This document shows, in pieces, positions 40,298-51,607 of a stretch of DNA of 64,000 nt. Under the pieces are notes generated by a model that was not told the origin of the DNA, did no database searches, and worked only from the letters and a program-made list of their open reading frames with translations. Within the stretch, counting starts at the first letter, position 1. Each line of letters begins with the position of its first letter. This stretch comes from an uncultured delta proteobacterium (GTDB taxonomy: Bacteria > Desulfobacterota > BSN033 > UBA1163), in contig CAVPSJ010000008.1 of assembly GCA_963708295.1 (NCBI GenBank), positions 1 to 64,000 of the forward strand. The letters run 5' to 3'. The position numbers and the translations under genes were made by a program.

Positions 40298-41513
40298 TTA
40301 TTGTGACACAATCTCGGTGGAGAGAGGGGTAGGGTGAGGAGCGCAAAAGCCTGCGATTTCACCTGCAATCATCATTTCCATGGCTTTGTCGAATCGGACG
40401 ATCATCTCTTTTCTCCATTCTTCGTCGATGGAAACAGCTTCGGGAAGCCACCTGTTCACAATAACCGCAACGGTCGCAATCCGTGTGAAGGCAATCTGTT
40501 TTCTTGAAATGGTCGAGAAACCCGTTGAATTTTGAGTTGTCGATGTAGACCTTTCCGGGAAAAGGCTCCTTGAGGACTTCCATCGCTTCTCCCATCATCT
40601 CGGGCTCGATGAGGTCGGTTCGTTGAAGGACCTCCAGATTGGGTGATAGGAAGGCTCCTTGCTGGGGGAGCGACAGGAGTTCCACCAGGTTTCCTTTATA
40701 GCTTTTTCGCTCATAGGCATTGACAATCTGAACCAAGCTTTCTGTTCCTCTGAACCTCTCGATGAGCTTCAAACAGTCTATTCCTAAGGCCTCGTAATCG
40801 GACACATCCTCAGGCCGTATCCAGCGGGACTTGATCAATTCGGCGGGCCGAAACAGCTTCAGACGCTGGCAGGCGAGCTTACAATAGTCCGGTGCGAAAC
40901 CCCCGCATGGATGACCCTCCTGGGAGCCATGAGAGACCATGTTCCGGTGGTGGAGGTCGAGAGGACATTGAAAGAGGCAGCAGTGATTGGCGATCAGTTC
41001 AAGCTCGCAATCGACGGCCTCCCGGATGGAGCGCAGGGTCCGAAAATCACGGCCGATGGATTCAGGAAGGATGATCTTATCCGCCCCCAGATCTTCCCAG
41101 TAATGTGCCAGATGAACGTTCTGGACACGGGCAAAAGAGGAGACGCAGACCCTGAGGTTCGGAAATTCCCTCTTCACCATCTGAAGAAGGAAGGGAAGGG
41201 TGAGGGTCACCATGCCGGCCCCGGTCGAAGAGATCCACTCTAAATGCTCCCTGATCTTCTTATATCCTTTTTTGGTGAACTCCAGGTTGTCAAGACAGGT
41301 CGAGTTGATGAGGTAGTTGAAATCGAGACCTCTCTTTCGAGCCTCGGCGATAAAGGAGGCCACTTCTTTCTTTCCCACTTTGGGAATGAAGAGGGCCATC
41401 CTTCCTCCTCCCAGGGGGTCGTTCCACATCTGTCCGTAGAGGCTTCGAACGGAGGTTCCTTCGAGCCTCTCCAGTAAACCGAAATCCCAATTGGTGGCTA
41501 TGGAATAATGCAT
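40298..41513 (-). CDS. U32 family Fe-S protein (frameshift near the 3' end)
   Basis: GGGR, FNYLINSTC, SSFA, ELIANHCCLFQCP...YCKLAC, WIRPED, KLIER, C-terminal CxxxCxxCxxC; corrected frame ends at TAA 40298. Confidence 0.85.
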
Positions 41514-41637
41514 CGCTGACTCTCCTTTTGAGCCTAGAGTAAACGTGCCTTCGTTGATACCAAGTGTGAAACTCCAATCACCAGATCTCTAGTTCCAAAC
41601 AATATCAAGTGACGAAGTTAATACAAACGCATTAAGT

Positions 41638-41700
41638 GAGATGCTGAAACGAGTTCATGACAAGAAAAAGTATGTCATTCCGAACTTGTTTCGGAATCTC
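41638..41700. repeat. Inverted pair of REP-like palindromes
   Basis: GAGATGCTGAAACGAGTTCATGAC and GTCATTCCGAACTTGTTTCGGAATCTC, between luxC and the U32 gene. Confidence 0.7.
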
Positions 41701-41786
41701 GAATTTAAGCATGACGGTGAATTAGCCGGGTTTGCCTTGAAATCATCCAAACGTATTGGGTTCTTAGAATTCTTATCATCGCTTGG

Positions 41787-43273
41787 TTACGGGTGTTTGG
41801 GGCTGGGTGCTTTATCACTCATCCCTTCTATCCCATCTTTCTTCTCCACATCGCACCAGCGAAGCAGAGAGGACAGAGGGGAAATTCCGTCATGATGCCA
41901 CATCATGGAGGGGACGGGCATCTTTCCAGGAGAAGTGATTCGAGCTAACCCCAGCTCCCCCAATCTTCCGATAAAGTCCCTTTCACGCTCATCCCCAATG
42001 GCCACGGCTGCATTCTGCAAGTAAGGAGCGATCGACTTCAGGGAAGGCAGTATCTGGAAAATATCTTCCACCCCATAGATCCGGATGAAACGATTCAAAG
42101 GGGAGGGAGAGAACGTTCCCGGATCCTTTTCATAAACGATTGTCCAATCCGTTCCGTGAGGCGAGGCTAACAGAAGAACCTCCTCGTTATTTAACTCCCT
42201 GAACTCATACTTGGTCTCTAAGCTGATGGATGGCTGAAGCCTCCCCGGGAGAAATCTTTCCCGCGGGGCATCTTTAGATTCAAACCTTCCATGGCTTCCG
42301 CCAGGGTCCGGCAAAATTCCTGTGGAGAGACCTCCCCCCCTGCTTCCAGCATAATAGATATGGGGAGCGAGGCATGCCTGCTGGTCGAACATCGAGCAAT
42401 CGTATGCAACAGAGGCTGCCAGTTCCTCTAATCCATGGCGACTCAATCTCTTCCGGCCGATGATTCCAAATCCCAGCTTATGACCGTGAAGAAGAGCCCT
42501 TCACCTGCCTCGGGGGATCTTCTTCCTGAGGGATTCACAGGCCTCGACCCCGCCAAACATGATGACGGCATCGGCTTGATGAAAGGCTGCCTCTTCAATC
42601 TCTTCTTCTCCCCCTCGCCAGTAAAGGACGGCCATGGATTTCAGCCATCTCCGGATCGATCTCTTCGATCGTCTTGAGATAGAGCGGAGCAAAGGTCGGT
42701 TCTCCTGCGGCCACTTTTCCCAGACAGGCGGCCTTCAGAAGGAGAGCCCTCATGAAGAGGAGATGGGGCAGGGCAGGAATATTTTCGGAGAAAATGGAGA
42801 GGATGAGCTTCGGGCCAAAGGCCCGGCTGTAACCCTGCCAGCTCCGGGGAGTATTGAAAATCGTCGAGAAAGAGAGGATTCTTGATCTCGGAGCAGAGGG
42901 CGCGCCAGATATCTTCCCGCAGGGAACTCTCCATCTCCACATCGATACTGGCCTCCACCACCTCACGAGAGAAATGGGTGATCGCAGGAATGGTCTTGAG
43001 CGCGAGTTTCCGAAGAGGATAATCTCTTTCAAGCCATCTCCGGGATGCCTGATCAAGGACATCGATGATTTTCCCGATAGGAAGGCCGGCAAGGTATGTC
43101 TCTCTGCTCTTCTTCAGGTGATCGGCCAAGGTCTCCACGAAAGATCTGCTGATCTGAGGGATTTTGAGATGAATCGTAATGTCTCCATCCTGATAAGCCT
43201 CGGTTCTGAAGGCCTTCACCTGACCTCTAAAATCCGGAGGAAGGTAGTATGCATCCACTTCGATGATTTCCAT
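41787..43273 (-). CDS. luxC: LuxC-like acyl-CoA/acyl-protein reductase (frameshifted)
   Basis: IFSENIP, ADAVIMFGG, GHKLGF, FDQQACLAPH (catalytic Cys), LQNAAV, HDG. Confidence 0.85.
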
Positions 43274-43356
43274 CAACACTCCTTTTGATATATTCGAGGG
43301 TGGAGAGTAGAGGTGAAAAGGAGTTAAGACCCCATTCACCATTCCACGTTCTACGT

Positions 43357-44480
43357 TCAAGTCCTTATCTGGGTCATCTCATCGATCGTCAAAGAACAGC
43401 CTCTCGCGTCTCCGTCTCTGGTTCTGCCGTCAATCTCAAATCCTTCTGGAGTGATTCTTCCCAGGTCATCGGACTGAATGGCCAGAAGATGCCCCCGGTT
43501 CGCCAGGTCAAAGTGTCGGAGCAAACCCGTCTGACCCGGGGGAAGCGGCTCCAGGGTATCCGGGTCCACCACCAGGGTTCTTGTCCACGGAGGATTGATC
43601 TTGGCCCTCGGGAGATTTGTTCCCCTTGAGGGCGTTCCTCAGAGTATTGTCATAAAATTGAGAGCTGATCTCGGTCATTCCAAGAAGATTGACACAATAG
43701 TCCTTTGCGACTCCAAGGAAATCCTCACAATCGCTGACAAATTCTTCCCGTTTCACTTCCCTGCTTTTTCCTTTAAATCCTCCGGCATCGAGTGTTCTCG
43801 AACCCGGAGGGAGTTTGAAGCGTAACCCTTTCTCACGACAGTAATCGAAGAAATTGACAAAGCCGAAAGAGCCGCCGCAGATCGTTATGGGAATACCCTC
43901 TGCTTCAGAACGGCGTAACTCATCGACAAGCACTCTGGATATCGAAGCCTTCCTTGCCGATGAGAAAGCGGCTTTGGGATGATCCAAAGTATTCCTATCA
44001 ATCGATTCATCCCATAGGCCATGACCATCGTGGGAGACGATCTCCGGAGAGGGGGCGATGATCAGGAGGGTTGTCTTGATCTTGTCCGGGAAGAGGAAGG
44101 AAGAGGCCGCTTCATAAATGGTGGCATCCATGAGCCTGAGGCCTCCTTCGTCGTAATGGACCTTTCCCCTTTCCTCCGGTCTCGTCGTCCCGCTTGTCAT
44201 AAAGGTCCGTACCGTGCTGGAGGGAAACATGGCGAGTTCCATCACTTTGAAGGCATCCGTGGGCAGGGCGGGAATCTGATCCCAGGAAGAGATCTTCTCC
44301 GGGGTTACTCCGCGCTTTTCACAGTAGCGCCTGTAAATCGGAATATATTTGACCTGGAGTTCAAAGATCCGAAGGGCAAGGCGATTGAACTCTTCTGAGT
44401 CCTGATGATCCGTCCCCCTGTCGGATATAGGACAGGATCTTTTCGTCGAGATCCAATATCTCTTTGGGTAACTCCATCAT
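43357..44480 (-). CDS. luxE: LuxE-like acyl-protein synthetase (frameshifted)
   Basis: IPALPTDAFK, FMTSGTT, AGGFKG, GMTEISSQ, DLAN, QSDDLG, GRT..ARGCS. Confidence 0.85.
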
Positions 44481-44514
44481 TCCCTCTCTCCATAAGCAAA
44501 ATGATCGCTCGTAA

Positions 44515-45770
44515 TTAATCGAAACAGAAACTTCCAATACAAGACGGGACACCACTTAACATCCCATCGATATGGAAGGTGATCATCTTCTTCTCGACTA
44601 AGTGGATGAGCACCCTTTTCAAATCTTCCAACGGGAGTTTTTTCTTCTCAGCGATCTCCTGAATGGACAGATTCCCATGAAGCTTTTCTGCCAACCCTGA
44701 CCGGCCTTTCCCCAAGGCAGCTTTCATCTCTTTGTCAGAGACCAAGGACTTCGGAAGAAGCCTTTCATCGAGGGGAGGGAGTTCTTGAAAGTGAGATGGA
44801 ATGAGAAAATCGGTCGGCCGATAGGCGAAGAGGGACGGGAGGAATTCCAAACTTCTTCTGGTAGACATAGCGATAAGCGCTCAACCCTCCTGCTATTCCC
44901 TGGGCCACGGCCCGGGAGAAGGAGTTGTAGCCTCCGGAGGTCACATCTCCGACAGCGAATACCCCAGGAATGGAAGTCTGCATATCCTGATCCACTTTGA
45001 TGAAAGGAGAATTGAAATCCTCAGCCCCTATCTCAAATCGCCAGGCGGGCGAGAGTTCATAGGAGTTGAAATCAAGGAGGACCTTCGGACAATGGATCTT
45101 ACGAGAGCCTTTGGATGTTCGGAGGGTCAGTCCCTGGAGTCTGCCATCCCCCCAGTATCTTTCCACCCAGCCTCGAAGGATGTCCTCCGTATCCTCTCCT
45201 TCTCCCTCCATGATGAATAAGAGAGGAGATTTACCTGCGTTTAGATCTCTGATCAAGGGAATCAGGTTTTGCAACTTCTCGCTTCCCACAATGACCAGCC
45301 TTGGTTCCCATCTTCTGCTGAGAAGTTTTTTGAGGTGAGAGATGATAAATTCATATCCCATACTGGTCACTTCAAGGCCCCGTCCCAGGTAGTCCCTCTC
45401 ATTGACCAGAACCTTGATCCCGGTGGCAATGATCACGGCTAATGAACGGAAGACTTTTCCGTCAGAAGTGAAGACCTCTTTGATTTCGCCTTGGAGGTTG
45501 ATCCGGTTGACTCTTCCCTGATGGACTTGTATCTGCAAACTCTCCATATCCCTCAGGAGGCGCCTGGACAATCTCCTTCCCCTGGATCTTCCATGAAGGT
45601 CCTGTGAAGATACATCCCCGCCAGCCTGCTAAACCTCCGAGAAAGGAGTTCTCAATCAGCAGGGTGCTGCAAGGGATGGCCTTGTATCTCTTGACCCATC
45701 GGGCCCGGATGGCCGCGTTGAGCCCGGCCGGCCCTCCTCCCACCACAATCACGTCCCAGTCATATCCCAT
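44515..45770 (-). CDS. TrxB-like FAD-dependent oxidoreductase lacking CxxC, with C-terminal winged-helix-like domain (two frameshifts)
   Basis: VVGGGPAG, IIATG, TSIPGVFAVGD; GRGLEVTSMG where TrxB has GVSxCxxCDG; tail GNLSIQEIA...LIHLVEKKMI. Confidence 0.8.
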
Positions 45771-46288
45771 CCTTCTCTCCCTTCCGTTCCTTCTGAAGAT
45801 AGGGAATCAGTCCCCCCGCCTCCAAGATCTTTTTGATATGGGGGTCCATGGGGGAAAATGGGAAACGTCTGGCATTGGGGAGGTCAATGATTCCCTCGGT
45901 GGTGAGGATATCGATCAATTCTCCGTCTTTGACCCGATTCTGAATTTCTCTGCATTCAAAAGTCGGGACGCCGAGATTGGTTAAGCTCCTGAAGAAGATT
46001 CTGGCAAAGGATGCTGCGACGACTGGCCTTCACGCCGAAATTGCGAAGACCTCTTACCGAAGTCTCCCGGCTGGAGCCGCAGCCGAAATTTCTTCCTGCC
46101 ACGATGACAAGTTTCTCATGGGAGGATTCCGTTTCAAAATTCGCGCCCAGCCTCCCCATCCCTTCAATCAACCCCTCCTTCACTCTCTTCTCATCCAGGC
46201 TGAAGAAGAAAGAAGGGTGGAGGACATCGGTATTGACATGATCCCCTAATTTCCAGACCCGTCCGGAAATCTTTTCGGGAAGTGTCAC
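45760..46288 (-). CDS. Homoaconitase/isopropylmalate isomerase small subunit (HacB/AksE/LeuD-like; frameshifted)
   Basis: GDHVNTD, AGRNFGCGSSRE, SFARIFFR, ILEAGGL. Confidence 0.88.
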
Positions 46289-47541
46289 ACATCACCTCTC
46301 TTGGGTCGATGATCCTTCCTGCCAGGGCAGAAGCAGCGGCTGTCAGGGAGAGGCAAGGTAGATGTCTGGAAGAGGGATCTCCCATCCTCCCCTGGAAGTT
46401 TCTGTTGGAAGTGCTCAGACACCTCTCTCCCTGCTCCGAGAATTCCTTTATCGATGCCCCCGCAGAGACCACAGCTCGGATTCAGAATCACCCCGCCGGC
46501 CTCCACGATGGTCTGAAGATATCCCCTTTCGATCGCCTCCCGGTAGATCTTCTGGGAAGCCGGCGAGATGAGAAGTCTCATCCCCGAAGCGATCTTCTTC
46601 TTCCGGAGGATACGGGCCGTCATTTCAAGGTCCCTGAGCCTTCCGCCTGTGCAGGAACCGATGAAGACTTGCTGGATGCTCTTCCCCTTTGATCTCATCC
46701 AACATCTACGACCCGGGCAGGGCTGTGAGGGAGGGCGACTTTAGGATGAAGCGAGGAAAGGTCTACCTCCATCCTGTTACGGTACAGGGGATTCTCATCA
46801 AAACACTCTCCCCAGTCGTCTGCACTGGCCGTCCCTTTCCTCCAAATAATTCCGGGTCACTTGATCGGGGATGAAGAGCCCGTTTTTTGCTCCTCCTTCC
46901 ACCACCATGTTGCAGACGGCAAACCGGTCGTCCATCGGAGAGGGCTCCGTCATCGTCATAAAACTCGAGGGCCTGATAGAGAAACCCTCCTTCTCCGAAT
47001 CTTCCCAGGAGGTCGAGGATAATGTCCTTCCCCATGAGGTAAGGGGGGAGTTTTCCCTTGAGGTCGATTCGGACTGGCTGACGGGAGGCTTGAGCCATGT
47101 CTTTCCTGTCATCAAGGTATAAAGAATATCGGTTGAACCCATTCCCGTTGCTAAACATCCCAGAGCTCCGGCGGTGGTCGTGTGGGAGTCGGCGCCGAGG
47201 ACTAACATGCCGGGCCTCAGCCAGGGCCCTTCGATCAGGAGCTGGTGGCAGATTCCTTGATAGATGGACTGGTGAGGTAATGCCTCGGCCTTGGCAAAGG
47301 AGATGACCGCTTTTGCGATATTGGCCCGTTCAATCGTGGAGGGAGGGGCAAAATGATCGACCGTGACGAAAACCCTCTCCTTGTTCCAGATCCGACCTCC
47401 CAAATCTTTTAGCTCTGAAAGGAGAAGAGCAAAGGTCGGGTCAGGCAAGAGGACAAAGTCGACATCGACGGCATAGTATTCGCCCTCTCTTCTTCCGTCC
47501 GAATGTTTCTGGATGATTTTATCCGTATATCCTTCAAACAT
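46285..47541 (-). CDS. Homoaconitase/isopropylmalate isomerase large subunit (HacA/AksD/LeuC-like; frameshifted)
   Basis: DHFAP, GICHQ, GADSHTTTAGALG, GSCTGG, PSCGLCGG, STSNRNFQGRMG. Confidence 0.9.
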
Positions 47542-48736
47542 CCTTTTTCAGAACCCCTTTTGCGATATCCCAGAAAGCCTCCAACGGGAAATTGAGAGAG
47601 CCTTCGTAATAGGATTCCATCTCTTTTGCCATCCGATGGATCTCCGCCTTACCCTTTGCCATCTTTCTCTCCTTTACCTTTTGAAGGATCTCCTTCAGCT
47701 CTTCCTCGTTTGCTTCATATCCTCTTTGTCCGAGGAGATGCATGATGGTCTGGGTGCCTGTATGCTTTCCCAGGACGAAAGAGGATTCTCTTCCCACTTC
47801 TTTCGAATCGATGATTTTGTAAGTCTGGCTGTTTTTGAGAATGCCATCCACATGGATCCCCGATTCGTGGCGAAAGGCATTGAGCCCGATGATCGGGGCA
47901 TGAGGAGGGATGAAGATCCCTGAACACTGCTCCACGAGCCGGGAAAGGCTGTAGAGCCCCTGCAGATCGATTCCGTGTTCGCCGGTGGAAGATCTTCTCC
48001 AAAGCCAAGACCACCTCGTGAAGGGGAGGATTCCCTGCCCGCTCGCCGATTCCGTTGACCGTGACCGAGGGATAATTCACTCCGGCTTCTATGGCAGCCA
48101 GGGTGTTGGCTGTGGCCAGGCCGAGGTCATTGTGACAATGGACGCCCAATCTCCATCTCCTGTGGAATTCGGTCTCTCACTTTCTTGACCAGGTCCTTCA
48201 TCCTGAAGGGTTCCATCACGCCCACCGTGTCGCAGATAAAGGCCCGTCGGGCTCCCCGGTGGAAGGCGTAGAGAAAGGATCTCACAGAGAAAAGGAATTT
48301 CGGCCCGCGCCGCGTCCTCTGCCGCCAGGTTGATCAAAAATCCCTTTTGATCGGCATACCGGATCACATCCCCCATCAGTCGCTTCACACCCTCTTCATC
48401 CAATCCCAGCTTTGAGCGCACATGGAGGGGGCTTACCGGACAGATGATAAACACCTCTTTCACGTCACATTCAGACGCCTGGTCCACCTCATCCCTTTTG
48501 AGCCGGATGGACACTCCGATGGACGCCTTGAGCCCCTGGTGGGCAATGGCAGAGATGGCCTCCCTCTCCTCCGAAGATATGGATGGCATTCCCACGTCGA
48601 GAATGGGCACACCGATTCGGTCCAAAGCTCAGAGCAATCTCGAGTTTTCTCCTCCTTGGTGAAGATAGACTCCGGGAGACTGCTCGCCCTCTCTCAGGGT
48701 TCCATCCACAAAATTAATTTTATCTGACGGTTCCAT
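47534..48736 (-). CDS. Homocitrate synthase-like DRE-TIM acyltransferase (NifV/AksA-like; frameshifted)
   Basis: [54 protein letters not shown]; about 400 aa with no LeuA regulatory domain. Confidence 0.88.
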
Positions 48737-48836
48737 AAAAAGGTTTCAGCCCATTCCCCATTTGAGTGACATCGCACCCCGTAAGTATAAGAAAAACCGC
48801 GTTGGAAAGGTTTGGAAGCATGCCCAACTGTCTACT

Positions 48837-50398
48837 TCAATGGCTACCCCTCGAACGCCAGCTCATATAACGACAGAAGAGCCTGCCCCAAAAGGGATCG
48901 CTGGCTTTCCCGGATTAGGATGGAAGGAACAGAAATCCCGACACTTGGCCTCTCGTAAGACCTTCTCAAAATCTTGTGGGTTCAGTTCCTTTCCATTTCC
49001 CATATAGTCAGGGATAGCAGTAGCCCAATCCTCCACCTTCAGGAGAACTTTTTTGATAAAAGTCAGCAAAGGTCTGCTTCGTCGAAACAATTCCGAACTC
49101 CTCCGGATGGAGGTGCCAGGGAGAGGCAGGCTCCAGGGATATCGGAGCAGACCAGATTCTCCCTATATTTTTGAATCTTCTCTTGATTTCTCTTTTCAAG
49201 GCAGAGGTCTTGGATAAATCAGAATATCTTTCCCCTGGGATTCCCATAGCGAAGAAGATATCGGTCCTGATCCCAAACTTTTCTGCTGCGGAGATGGCCT
49301 CCATCAGTTCCTCGTTGGAGTAAGTGAAGGTCTTGTTACGATGCCTCACCCTTTCATCTCCGGACTCAGGAGAGAGGGCGATCATCGAGCCGTCAAGAAT
49401 GAATGTATTTGCCAATTCCCGGAGGAAGCGCTCTGAAGGGAGAGAGAAGGATTCAAAGTAAACTCTTGTGCGAAGCTTCTTTTTTCTCAACAGGGGGAAT
49501 AAATCTAGATAATATTTTTCTCCTTCTTTCCCCGGATCAAAGGCGATGTTGAACATCTCGTAGCCTAATTCGAGCGCTTCGGCCATCGTGTCGGCGACGG
49601 CTTCGGGTGAGCGGAAAACCACCCCCTTTCTCCCGTTGACTCTTTGCTGGGCCTCCGCACCCCCTCCGCACCAGGTGCAGTTTCCAAAACACCCTCTGCC
49701 GATATTGAGAGGAAAGAGAGGAGGGCCAAGATGAAAGTGTCGTCTGTTCTCCTCTTTGGAAAGTCCTTTGGCCCAGACAAAAGGCATTCCGATATAGCGA
49801 ATATAAGTCTCCTTACCCTCAAGCAAAGAGAGATTGATATACGAGGATCGGTCCAAATCCGCTTCAGAAGCCACATAGGAGAGAGGATTTTCTTTGATCT
49901 CCCCATCTTTTCTCCAGGTGAGGTTGGGGATGTTTTCCCAACCCCTTCCTTCTTTCACAGCATTCATCAACGCGATGAGCGGGATTTCAGCGTCGCCACG
50001 GATGATCGCGTCCAACTGAGGAAAAGAGCTCAGAATCTCTCTGTGAAAAAGACTGGCAGTGTACCCACCCGACAAGATGGTGATATCCGGTCTCTTCTCT
50101 TTTATCTCCTTGGCGATCCTCATCACGTCATACGACTGCGGGTGAAAGTGGAGCGGGATGGCCACCACCTTGATCTCCTTATCCTTCAAATAGGCGAGGG
50201 GCGAGGAGATCCTCTTTTCGATCCACTCCAGACCCAGGTGCAGGATTTTGGTCTTGATATCCTTTTTGTGTGGCAAGGTCAGCAAGGGAGAGGGTCCCCA
50301 TCGGAAGGAGATTGACGGTCATATACTCGCCGAAGGGACGGTAGAAATTGTGAGAATTTGGGCACATGAATGAAAAGGAGATCAAGCGATTCGGTCAT
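48837..50398 (-). CDS. Cobalamin-binding radical SAM protein (frameshifted at both ends)
   Basis: N-terminal B12-binding domain (PMGTLSLA, GGYTAS, RGDAE, IPNL); GRGCFGNCTWC; SPESG; GIPGE; ATG 50398. Confidence 0.88.
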
Positions 50399-50571
50399 GT
50401 ATCTTAAGTTGTTTTGCTTTTTTAATGGCGTTATTGATTGGAGGATTTTTAAAAGTTGATAAATTATAACCTATCTTTCTTTCTTAAACTACACTCCCTC
50501 TGTCATTTCGGTAATGAGTGGCTATAGTTCCGTTGGACAGACCCGCCGGAGCGCAGTCCTGAAAATCGAAT

Positions 50572-50874
50572 ATGCGGTTCGTGATCGAATACAATGTTCC
50601 CCTTAAAGAGGAGGTTCCTTACGGGGGACCGGCTTGCCATGCCAAATTCCCAATGATTGCACTAAAGGCGAAGGAGGTAAAGACCAGGGTCGCACAAGAA
50701 AAAGAATTAAGCTGCAGAGACTTCAGACAGGACTGTGGTTTTAGCGCGAAGGCAAAGACAGAGAAGGAGGTATTAGACAAGTGTTGGGTGCATGCGTGCA
50801 GTGCTCACGGGCAATGCAATGATTCGCCTGAGATCCGGGAAAAAATCAGGTCGCGGATCAGGGATGTCCTATGA
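50572..50874 (+). CDS. DUF1059-like protein; the expected start (50686) reads AGG
   Basis: ELSCRDFRQDCGF..AKTEKEVL...HACSAHG; AAGGAGGT RBS at 50671 followed by AGG instead of ATG. Confidence 0.6.
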   Translation: MRFVIEYNVPLKEEVPYGGPACHAKFPMIALKAKEVKTRVAQEKELSCRDFRQDCGFSAKAKTEKEVLDKCWVHACSAHGQCNDSPEIREKIRSRIRDVL

Positions 50875-51244
50875 GTGAGTCCTGTTGAAGAAAGGTGCAA
50901 TTTAGAATTATAAGAGAAAAAAAGAAACAAGATTTTAGGGACCCGCAGATCTTGCCAGAAGACGGAGAGGGTCCAATCTTTCGGAGGCTATCGTAAGAGG
51001 ATCAGAAAGCAAAAGCTTCCGGGGAAAGCGGGCTTCAAAAAAGAAGAAGTCCCATCCCCCAAGCTGGGTTTATTTATTGGTCGAAAAATCACGCCTTATG
51101 CATTCAAATTCCTATTTACTTAAAAAATGGTCACTTCCGAAATTTATGATATTCTTCCAGAACGTTTTCTGATCTTTTGCGGGTGATATCTGAGTTTCCA
51201 TTGACCCGTAAGAAATAAAGAACCGCCAGAAACTCTAACCGGGG

Positions 51245-51382
51245 TTACTCCGCTAAGACGATCATCGGCATGGGATGCTCGTGCTGGCAAGGTTGGCTAT
51301 CAATCATCAACTTTTCGCCGTCGCGGTAGACATGGAGAAACCCGCCGCTTTGCATATCATACAGCAAACCTTCTTCTTTCAT
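51245..51382 (-). CDS. 45-aa small hypothetical protein
   Basis: MKEEGLLYDMQSGGFLHVYRDGEKLMIDSQPCQHEHPMPMIVLAE; AGGAGG RBS; upstream TTGACT-N17-TATTTT. Confidence 0.45.
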   Translation of the reverse strand: MKEEGLLYDMQSGGFLHVYRDGEKLMIDSQPCQHEHPMPMIVLAE

Positions 51383-51607
51383 GAGAACCTCCTGTTTGAA
51401 TCAGTCACGCGAACTTATTTCATACAAAAAATAGTCATTCCTGCTCCAAAAGTCAAGAATGCTAACGGGTCAACTTCGTACGGAGATCAAAATAGGCATA
51501 GAGGGATTCAGCCCAACATGACCCTGAAGTTAACGACAGAAGGGGTATGGAGTTGCTGATGGAGGTAAAAGGAGACTTTCAACATTTCGATATCACATGA
51601 GGGAGGG

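Noticed and set aside
41787-44480. Bioluminescence operon
   Set aside because: No luxA, luxB, luxD or luxG in the window, and the context is anaerobic biosynthesis.
45760-48736. Ordinary leucine, lysine or nif genes
   Set aside because: No leuB/aksF, ilv, lysW/X or nif neighbours, no LeuA regulatory domain, and the genes are coupled to unrelated tailoring genes. A housekeeping role cannot be fully excluded without the rest of the genome.
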